64,000 nt of DNA, taken from the NCBI RefSeq assembly GCF_000143415.4, contig NW_003314317.1:726296-790295 (forward strand), read 5' to 3'. Positions 1 through 9,787 of the stretch are shown here, piece by piece (within the stretch, counting starts at the first letter, position 1; each line of letters opens with the position of its first letter). Under the pieces are notes generated by a model, which made no database searches, was not told the DNA's origin, and was given only the letters and a program-made list of their open reading frames with translations. The DNA is from Selaginella moellendorffii. Lineage: Eukaryota > Plantae > Lycopodiophyta. The translations under genes were made by a program, and so were the position numbers.

Positions 1-1
1 G

Positions 2-1341
2 TGCCAATGTCTCGTGCAGACCCGATTTGTAACACGTTTCTTGCTTGACATTCTGCGCGTGGGAGATGTATATGATAGATCGGAGGGGCGAGTTGCCTTT
101 TATCAGGCGGACAACTCTTGTCTTGAAGACTTTCTTCACCTCTTCGCCCACCATAATATCCACAACTATTTGTTGCATTGCCAAGCTAGAATGCTGCCCG
201 GAGACGGCATAGAACCGGATGTTCTGATCGTCCAACACCTTCCTATTGATCAAGTCTGGAAACCTCGTCTCGCCCTTCATTGTTCGGTAGTAGGGGATCA
301 CGTCTGCGATGTCGGGTGTTACTGAACTTGCCAGCATCTTCTGCTTCAGTTTCTCCACCCACTCATCAGATACTAGCCTGTGGTTGTATTTGCTTTGGAT
401 GTCGATACGGCTCACGTCGATTGTATATACTTTGTTGGAATAGTAACAAGTACTATTATCTGCGACGATTTTCGCTGCCTCTTCTTGCTCTTTCTGCTCT
501 TTGCGGCTCTTCTTTTTGGTGGGTGTAGTGTTCGAACCCGAGGCAATGGCATCACCGAGTAGCTTCTTTTTTGGAGCAGCAGAGTCGGACGTCGGCTTGA
601 GCTTGACCACCCTTTTCTGCTTCGGGGTAGTTTCCAGATCGACCCCCTTCCCCTTCGCTTCGCGAACTGGAGGCACTCTCAACGGCTCAATGTTGGAATA
701 TAGTTTTTGAACATCGCCATAGGTGAGGTCCGTGGATTCCATGTGATCTTCATAGACCCGCAGCGTCTTTGAAATTGTGGGCCTCCTGGACAACCTCTCC
801 CTAGCTCCCTCTAGGAATTCCTCATAGCCGCTGCCCCCCTCCGGGAAGCCGCTAGGATGTGCAAGGTGGATCTTGAAGGCGGACGCTGTCTCTACCACAA
901 GTGCCAGTCCATATTCTTGCATGGAACTACATGGAGTGTCTGTCACTTGGATGAGGATCCCCATGCATTCTTTTCTCCCACCATCTGTGTTGTACAGCAT
1001 CAGATCCTCGCCTTCCATCCCGAAAGTCCAACTGGTGAGCTCCTCCCCCTTTTCTGCATCCACATTGACAGTGGCTGGAAGAAGAACGCAATTCCTCGTC
1101 TGTTCAGAAATGCACAACAATTAGAGCTGACAGATGAAAAGCTAGCAGCTGGAAATAACGTGAGGCCACACGCCATTCACCACTGCATCAGATGTCTTGA
1201 GGCTGCATCCTAAGATGGCGTGAGGCTACACGCCATCTGTAACCGGACTGCACTCGAGAGCCCAATCGGTGCATGCCAATGTTGCTACTGAATGGCATGT
1301 GGCCTCATGCCATTTTCTACTTGGCCTAAAAGACTTACCAT
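2..1341 (-). CDS. ParB/Sulfiredoxin-like domain protein (transposon accessory gene), 3' end runs off the window
   Basis: Manual translation: minus frame open from 1099 to 2 (366 codons, no stop). Preceded by acceptor tttctgaacAG (1101-1100). Upstream ATG 1341-1339 is followed directly by donor GTAAGT (1338), phase-compatible. Contains a Lys-rich NLS-like tract, then YTIDVSRIDIQSKYNHRLVSDEWVEKLKQKM...DIADVIP...FYAVSGQHSSLAM, matching the ParB N-terminal pattern by eye. Confidence 0.75.
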
Positions 1342-2935
1342 TTGAAGCCGAATGGAGGCCGTGACAATCGAGGCCGGACTCGCTGGCGAATGTGCACTGT
1401 GTGTGCAGCGGATCGTAGCAGCAAGGCTACTCTGCCACTTACAGTTGGAGAGTGGCGCTGAAATCTCCCGGGACGCCAAGTGGGCTGCGTGTGGGTGGCG
1501 GACTGGGCGGCGGAGTTGGCGGCGAAGTTACAAACTGGGTGTGTCTTGAAGTGGACGCTGATGCACATGAGCGCGATGCGAGCGCGAGTGTGATGCAAGC
1601 GCGAGTGGACGCCGATGCACACGAGAAACCTGTAGAGAAGGTAGATGAGCGCGAATGTGAGCGTGATCGCGAGGGGGAGTGCGATGCGAGCGCGAGTGTG
1701 ATGCGAGCGCGAGCGCAAGTACGAAGCAAAATGCAAAACCTAACCTCACACGCGCGAAATGTCACAACGGTTGGTAATCCCGCCACGTCATCATTCCTCG
1801 GACTTGGGCGCCACCATTAATTTCTGGATTGCCGCGCGCATGCAAGCACGCAAAATCCAAAAGAAATCCACAACGTCATCATTCCTCGGACTGCATGCAC
1901 GCGAAATCCAAAAGAAAGATCATGATTGGGATATCATTTAATACCCTCGCTATATTTATACCATGCATGATTGGATATTCCAAAGCATCTTGTATTTCCA
2001 AAAATGGCAGATGTTCAGCTAAATAAAGAAATTCTATCTGTTTCTATTTTTCTCTCAAATCAATATTATAGCGTGTGGGCTCATGCAATTTTGAACCAAA
2101 GAAACCCAAAAAACGTTGGACCCAAAATATTTTGAAAAAACCCAAAAAACCCTAAACATTTTAAACCCAAAAATCCAGGCGTCATGTGGCATTATTCCTT
2201 GAATGGCGTGTGGGCACATGCCATTTTCAGGGCCAAATGCTGAATGGAGAAAAATTCCCTTTCAGTGCAAATGCTGCAAGAGGCAGATGCCGAGCACAAA
2301 GGACTGTAACTACCTCACATGACACAGATAAACTTTTCTCTATTTGGCAAAGATAAACTTTATAGCGTGTGGGCTCATGCAATTTTGAACCCAAAAAATG
2401 CACCAAAAAATTCTCGGCGTCATCTGGCGTTATCTCTTGAATGGCGTGGGGCTGCATGCCATTTTCAGGGGCACATAGGAGTATATTCCTAGGATATTCT
2501 GACACGCGCGAGATTTTTTTGAGTTTTCTGGAGATCCAACCGTTAGATCGCAACTAGATTTTACAAAATGGTATACAATGTCTTTCTTGATGACCCTGCA
2601 AAGAAGCATCTCGATCGGACACCACATGAAACCACACGAGCCTTACAATCTTTCAGGGGCATTTGCCATAGATCCGACCGTTATTTTGCTCCAAGATTTT
2701 ACAGTTTGGTGTGCATTGACCTTTCCATTGACACTGCAAAGGGACATCACAATCAGATGCGGGATCACAAGAAACTAACTTCACTAACTCTGGTTTCACC
2801 AAGATCTACGTAAGGAGTTATGAAATGAAAGGACCCTCTCTATTGAAATGTGTTTATGGTCTTAGGGGCATTGTGACATATCAAAGGATTTTGCATCAAG
2901 TTCTGTATTTGCATGTTTATCAAGTTACTGAATTG

Positions 2936-2962
2936 CTAAACCCTAAACCCTAAACCCTAAAC
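2936..2962 (+). repeat. Interstitial plant telomeric repeat (CCCTAAA)3 / telo-boxes
   Basis: ctaaa-ccctaaa-ccctaaa-ccctaaa-c. Confidence 0.85.
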
Positions 2963-3764
2963 ATGTGGCAAATGCTGCGTGAAGAAAGATGCCCTTTCTG
3001 GGCAAATGCTGTAAGAGGCAGATGCCGAGCAGATGTATCTCAGGCTAGCGAAGGGGACAAACGAAAGCTAGCTATAAATATGACGGGATGCAAATAGATT
3101 ACTAGGCTGGTCCTGCGAAAATCAAAAACCATAATTGAAAACATTGAAAATGCAAAAAGAAAGGTTTATAATATTTTTGAATTTTAAGCAACCAAAGGAA
3201 TGTAAGTAGGGCATGTGTTTGTAAGTTTAAAAATGCCTCAACCACTTAAATTCCTAAGTAAATAAAGCTGTTTCTATTTTTGGTACAGGTAAACTTTATA
3301 GTGTGTGGGCTCATGCAATTTTGAACCCAAAAATGCACCAAAAAATGCTCGACTAGCATTATTCTTTGAATGGCGTGTGGCCTTATATTGCCATAAATGG
3401 ACGTACACACACAGCATAATTATTCCTTTACACGGCGAATAATCTTGGCGCGGATCGCTGACATGGCATGGCAAAGTTCGAATCACTGACATGGCACAGC
3501 TGGATCGAGGCAAAGACATGATGTGACAAAGTTCAACCTCCGACAGCAAAGTCTAGAAGCTACTCAGTTTGAAATTTGTCAGAGGAATCATAAAATCTGG
3601 TTTGTCAGAGGATTTGATGTGACATTCAAGCGTGTGTTATTTTTGAATTCTCGAATTCATTCCTAGGTCTATCATTTTTGTGCGCCGTGTTCTTGGTTCC
3701 GCTGAGCGCAGTGAGCGCTGCTTGTGTAAGCGGCGTTGTGGGTTGTGGTTTATGCGTCTACGAG

Positions 3765-3892
3765 CGGTTGCGGCATTGCGAGCGCCATTGCGAGCGGCAG
3801 TTTATGCGAGTGGCAGTTTGTGCGAGCGGCGCTACGAGCAGTTGCGGTGTTGCGAGCGGCGCTACGAGTAGTTGCGGTGTTGCGAGCGGCAC
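3765..3892 (+). repeat. CpG-rich tandem repeat (TTGCGAGCGGC-based units) upstream of the transposase
   Basis: Repeated tgcgagcggc, including two 30-bp units gcgagcggcgctacgagYagttgcggtgtt. Confidence 0.8.
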
Positions 3893-4256
3893 TGTCTTTG
3901 GTGTGACTACCGCTTCCTCTTGATATTCGGCACTTGTGCCTCCTGGTATGTTCACCATGGAATGGCTTAGGACCACATTTAGAAATGGCATGAGGCCACA
4001 TGCCATCTTGGGCCCTTGCAATTTCATGGCTAGCGTATTGTCATGTATGTTTTTACTTGCCTGCAGCTGTGTGTATATCAAGATGGCATAAGGCCTCATG
4101 CCAATTTTGTGAATGCGAAATTTCACGTGGGTGTCAATAGCATGTTTGAATAATGGCATGTGGCCTCATGCTATTGAGGTTGTTTGGTATGTTATGATTT
4201 AGGCCATTCTCCAATCATTTTTTGTATGGTCTTAACTTCTTTTCTGCACTTTCAGA

Positions 4257-7200
4257 ATGGCCTTCAGGGTTGGGGAAAAGGTTTACATTTTGAATGGTGG
4301 GAAGAGAGTTGCAAAAGGGACCCTTGTGTCTATGGATCAGAACTTTGTTATACACTGTCAAAGGCTTGGGGAAGGCAATGTTGCTGTATCAGTAGAGACT
4401 GTCTTCGATGGGAATGTGGTCGCTATTGAACGAGGAGAGATAGTCGTCGGGGTAAATGTTGTTGTTGCCTTGAAAAATCTTCAGAAGAAAGCAGATGTTG
4501 GGGACAGCGCAAGTGCGACGCATGTTCCCTCCGTGGATCTTAAGAACCGTGCTACATGGATTCAGGCGAAGGTGTTTCTAAACAACCCTGAGGGGGAGGT
4601 GGTAGCTGAGGGCTTAGCCACAGTTGTCGATCCAAGAGATGCGGTTGCTAATCAAGAATTGGGCTGGGATGATATTGGAGTTGCGATTTTAGAGGTTGTT
4701 GACACAGAAGAAAACAGTCTGACTATTGGAAGCATTGTGCGGTGGAAATTGAGGCACTTAGTGTTTGAGAATGTGAAGGATTCACAATCAAACACCACTA
4801 CAACTGATGACAGAACATCTCTTCATGGGAAAAGAAAGTACACCTTCCTAAAGCGCAGCCAAAGGGATCTGAGCAACGAACCGAAAAGGCAGAAAATGGC
4901 GATGGAGGTTCGAATGGTCTCGACAGTTGCTTGTTGCAAGAGGAGGTGCTGTCAACATGCTGATTGGGATGCTATTGAAGAGGAGAGAGCAAGATACAAG
5001 ACATTGTCCTGGAAGGCAGCTCGCAATTTTGTGTATGAAGCATTACGGTCATTTGTTGATGCTTCAGAACATCAGGTGGGGGGCATAGTCTTCCAGAGGG
5101 GTTTGGTTTGCATGAAGGCATGGAGAATCATTTATGGAGTCCCTCGAACCACATTCTACAGAATCAAAACTGAGTTCGAGGAACAAAGGGTTCAACAGGC
5201 AGTCCATGGGAACGACGGTACGCACAAAACCAGGGGTCATGTTGTATATGGAGAGGCAATCTTCAAGAGGTTTGTCGAGACATGTAGCGAGCAGCAACCA
5301 CATAAAACCCGCCTCTTGGAAGATGGAACACGAGACACCCAACGAGTTCTCCCTTCCATGTATACCAAGGGGGCCATATTGGAAGATGTGAATCGGGAAC
5401 TCCAGAGTAATGGCTACAGAAAGCTGAGCCAATCTAGATTTAGTAGATTGTGGAGCAACAGGTTCAGGGATGTGAGTATAGGAAAGTACTCCAGCTTTTC
5501 AAAGTGTGACGAGTGCACTGCTATCAAAATGGCTTTGTCGAAGAATTCTTGCAGCGCTCAAGAGCGAGAGACGTTGGTTAGAAGGCGGCTCGACCACAAC
5601 ATCGAGCAGAGAAGCTGCAGGACTGCATATTATCATAACAGGATTCTCTCCATGGAGAGACCTGACTCTTACCTCTGCATCATCCACGCCAAAATGGACC
5701 AGAAAAAGACGTGCTTACCTCGACTCAATCCTGCCCCCAAGGCAATCTCTTCATCCATGCAGCTGCCTGTGTCTCTGTTTGGCATAATCGCTCATGGGCA
5801 TGGTGCCCAGAACTATGGGAACTTCTTTGTACCTCTATGGGGTGGCAGGGGTGCAAACATGATGATTGCGTCCCTAGCAAAACACTTAAGGTCTCTGCAA
5901 AGTGCGTAGACTGAGCTGAACGGCCAACCCTTGCATAAGGCCCTTGTCGATCGAACCCCATACAGGGTTCAGCTGGAGGAGGAGCAAAGGCTTGCAGTAT
6001 CGCGTGGGGCCCCATGCCATCCCAATGAATATGTTGGCCGTCAGATTGTAGGGTTATCACGTGAGGCCTCATGCCATTCCGACGAGGCTGGTCGCCCGGT
6101 GAATGCACAGCCTCATCAAAACGAAGCAAAATCTCAAGGAAGTTCTTGCGGCCGATGTGGCCTTCCACCCCATCTTCTGCTCCAAACAGACAATGCTGGC
6201 AGTGAGAACAAAAACATGTACGTCTTCGCGTACTTGGCGATGCTTGTTGCCAAAGGCATATTTGAAACAGTTACACTTGGCTTTCTCATGGTTGGGCACA
6301 CTTATGAAGACGTTGATGCCATGTTCAGTCACCTGGCAGAGTCCCTCCGGCGATCCAATGTCCTCACCCTCCCACAACTCTACGATGAATTCCAAAATTG
6401 CATCAAAGGCACTGTTGAAGCTGCACTTCTGACAGAGGTTCCAGACTTTAAGGGGTTTGTAAGAGGCTACATCAGGGACGGATCCGAAACGCTGATTGGC
6501 CACTCCAAGCCTCTTCAGTTTCATTTCAGCATGTGTGACGGTGCTCCAGTGATGAGGTACAAGATGAGAGAATGGGACACAGTGTGGCTGCCAGTGGATG
6601 GCATTAAACTCTTCAAGAGAGATCCCATAACTGGGGAACCTATGATTCCTCAGAGTTCCCCACGGCCGATGCACCCGGATGGACTCAAAGACCAGGAAAG
6701 TATAGTGGCCGGGATTAGACAGCATATTGCCTTCTGGAAGAGGGGGTTGGTGTTTGGTGGAGAATCCTATTTTCAGAGGTGCAAGCCTTTGCTCGAATAC
6801 TGGGAGAAGATTATATCTGCTATCCAAAATGGGCCGGTTGTATATGAAGAATTGGAAGAGTCCTTTTGGCCAGAACCCAGAGCACCAGATAGTAGCGGAA
6901 CAATGTCCTCTGGAAATGCAGTGACAGATAATGATGTTGAGGATCACTATTGTGGGCCGAGGAACAAGAAGCCGGATTCAGCATTCAATCCAGTACAGGT
7001 CTGCAAAGGAATGGTCGTGCTTGTCAGACCCAATAATAAAAAACAAATGATATGGGTGGGGCGCTGCATCACTGATGCAGAGGAGGACGCGGAAACTAAC
7101 TCCTTCAATGTAACTGTGGAGTGGTTCAAGCCAAGTTCCGGATATACGAAGGATTGCCTAGAAAAGAGATGGGTGCTGAATCCAAGGGATCCCAACATGA

Positions 7201-7367
7201 GCATATCGGTGGATAATGTTGTGCATGGTTGGATGCGGAAGCAGAGTGCCACCATCACCTTGCCAGACCATGCAAGAGATGCAGCAAGAGCATTCATAAC
7301 CCGGGTTCAAGGTGAGATTCATGAATATTCCTTTACTAAGTTTCTAATGTATTTTATTTCAAGGTGA
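4257..7367 (+). pseudogene. Sola/DUF7869-type DDD transposase, interrupted by in-frame TAG (5907-5909)
   Basis: ORFs 4257-5909 and 5931-7367 are in the same frame. Motifs: FSKCDEC (Zn), CIIHAKMDQKKT (first Asp apparently D>A), LLLQTDNAGSENKN, FLMVGHTYEDVDAMFS. The true 3' end is probably spliced (donor near 7312). Confidence 0.8.
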
Positions 7368-9362
7368 ACAATCCGAATCTGAATCAGAGGAGGCGTGATG
7401 GCATGTGGCCTTACGCCATTCCTAGGTGAGATGATACAAATAACAAGTATAAATTCTTAGTTGTTCTAGCAAATCTTACTTAAAGTTCAAGGTGAACAAG
7501 CCGAATATGAATTCATCGGATTGTTATAACAAATTGCGAGGTGATGGCATGAGGCGATACGCCATTTGAGAGTGGTAGCCATTCCTATATGAGGTGAGTG
7601 AAGTATTTATTAGAAATACCTCATTCAATTGTGCACTTCTAAGTCTTGGTCCACTTAGTACTGTTTGCATGTTTTTATTTTAATTCTTTCTCTAAAATGT
7701 TATTTAGCATGTGGCTTCATGCCATTGCTCTCCACAATCATGCATTGAATTTCTATCCTTGCATAATACTTCTCCATATATATAGCATGTGCGCACATGT
7801 GATATGGTTCATTAGGCCTAATATAGTGTGTGAGGTAAAACAAAGATGATGTGACATATGCATTTACCAATCACACGTGCATAAATCTAATAATATGGCG
7901 TGTGGCCCATATTAATGGCACATAAACCCATATTGTGGGCTTACGTGCTTTATGTACCATCATTCCCTTGCAGCGTGTGTGTTGGTTTCCTTTTTATAAC
8001 ACAACGAACTCCATATTTTAGGGTGAAGAGCGTTCTCATGGCAAGCACAAAATCTGTAAGTGAGGCAGAAAAGGAGACGGAGAAGGAGATAGGTGAAGAT
8101 GTAGAATATATAAGTCTTCCAAACTCCCCGTACTATACTCCAGGTGATCATTTTTCTGAACAAACGGCAACATTAACAACTATCGAGAACGCCCCAGTAA
8201 CGTCAGAGACAACAATCCAAAGCAAAACAACTGACCCGGAGAAGGATGATAGTACCGCTGAGAGTACCAAAAAGGAGGTGTCCACTAGCGCTTAGGCTTA
8301 TAATGGCGTGTGCCCTCATGCCATTTACTTGATCACCAAATACCTTTTTCCCTTTGCACTAGTATATCTTAATACCGGTCTGAGAAATAGAATGGCATGT
8401 GCCCTCAGGCCTTTTACTAAATCACCTTTGAAAGAAATGCAAGCCTCTATGTCGTAAAAAAAAGGTACTAGAGAAATTCCTTAATAATATGAATGTTATT
8501 TAGTTTCATGAAAATACACTAAGGGTCAAATGAGTTAAATGACTTCTCCAGACTAGCAATGCCTCTTGCTACACCTTCACAATTAGATTCGTTAGAAAAA
8601 GATAACATTGAATAATATCTAAATGTTCTCACCATTAAGTTATATGTCTGGCTAATAGGAATGACGTTCATCTTGGAAAGCTCACCACACACTTAATGAA
8701 CAAACAAATAGTGTGTGCGCGCATGCCATCGCTCTTCTTTAGCTTCAGATTCGGCTTGTTCACCTTGACAATGAGATTTATTATACAACCAGATGGACAC
8801 AGTCTGGACATAAAGTCACCGCGCTAGTCACCATGCCCCAGATATGTCTAGCCCCTGGACAAAAAACATATAATTTCACGTCATTTTCAAATACTTGAAA
8901 ATTTGTACCTAGTCCCATTTTACTGAATAAATCCCACTTTAACGAAATAAAGCTTTAGACACAAGTGCAAAGTGTTATAAAAGCAGACTTATGGAGCCGA
9001 TGGTGTGGAGACACCAAATGGGCCAATGTGTGATACATTGAGGTTATATTGATGGGTTCATGAGAACCCCTTGCTAAGGGAATCCCAATGGAAATGGGAA
9101 TGGTATAGCCTAAATTGGAAGGCATGTGGTAGGGTGTGGTAACCTGGATAATGATAGAGGTGTGAAAACACCAGCAATGAATTGTAGGACTTGACAACTA
9201 TGGGGTAACTAAGCAAAAGGTGCAAGTAATTGGTTAAACAGGTAAAAGGTAGCTACCCAAAGCTTTTTAATGGCACAAAAAAATTAAATATACCCTTATC
9301 GGGGATAAGTTGTTTATGTTGCGATATAGTAAGTCAATGTCATAAAAGAAAATGCTCGCCAA

Positions 9363-9787
9363 CATTCCGTAAATATGCCAAATGAGCAAATCTGGACACT
9401 TTCCATAAATAACATTTGGGACCGAAATGAGACTAATACAAAGGGCATGATAGCGAGTGTGTTTGGCAGACACGGTAAGCTATCATTTAGCGATATTGAG
9501 GGACCAATCTCAATATCGCGGGGGTTCTTGATACTAACAAGTGCAAGCCAATGACTCAAGTTTCTCAAACTAGGCCGAGTATGCTCAGCAAGAAATATAT
9601 AGGGTTCCTACCTTATATTTATCCAATCTAAGTACATGGTCATTGACCAATTTCTCAACTAGCTCAAGTGGGAAACTAATAACGAATCCAGCAATACTGA
9701 CCTCCTGCCATCGTGGCAGTAAAAAAAGAATATCCGAAAGGACTAGCCGACAGGTAACTTTTGATACCCGAAGTCATATTCGCGACA
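9363..9787 (-). mobile_element. Truncated 3' LTR (family A) with adjacent polypurine tract
   Basis: Closely similar to ~13828-14251 and ends ...cgcgaCA. Followed by ctctccccccc (9788-9798), which is a PPT on the minus strand. Confidence 0.85.

Larger units (their letters stand above)
1155..8729. repeat. Dispersed 22-bp palindrome family, consensus ATGGCRTGWGGCCWCAYGCCAT (~22 copies)
   Basis: Copies start at about 1155, 1215, 1292, 2068, 2203, 2362, 2441, 3298, 3370, 3985, 4083, 4153, 5999, 6056, 7398, 7544, 7704, 7782, 7895, 8303, 8392 and 8708. Confidence 0.9.
1..8930. mobile_element. Large Sola/DUF7869-like DNA transposon (left end outside window, right end approximate)
   Basis: Transposase-like ORF, a divergent accessory gene, and a palindromic motif seen only in 1155-8729. 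TIR/TSD cannot be verified because the left end is missing. Confidence 0.6.

Noticed and set aside
5907-5915. Programmed stop-codon readthrough in the transposase
   Set aside because: The context TAG-ACT-GAG is not the known CARYYA readthrough signal, and a catalytic Asp also looks mutated.
6069-6947. 292-aa minus-strand ORF
   Set aside because: Antisense to the transposase core; no recognisable domain.
7900-8295. Third gene of the transposon (Thr/Glu-rich ORF from ATG 8038)
   Set aside because: Short, low-complexity and without a motif; cannot be supported without homologs or transcripts.
1155-8729. CRISPR-like array from the palindromic repeats
   Set aside because: Spacing is irregular (tens to ~1800 bp), both orientations occur, there are no cas genes, and the context is eukaryotic.
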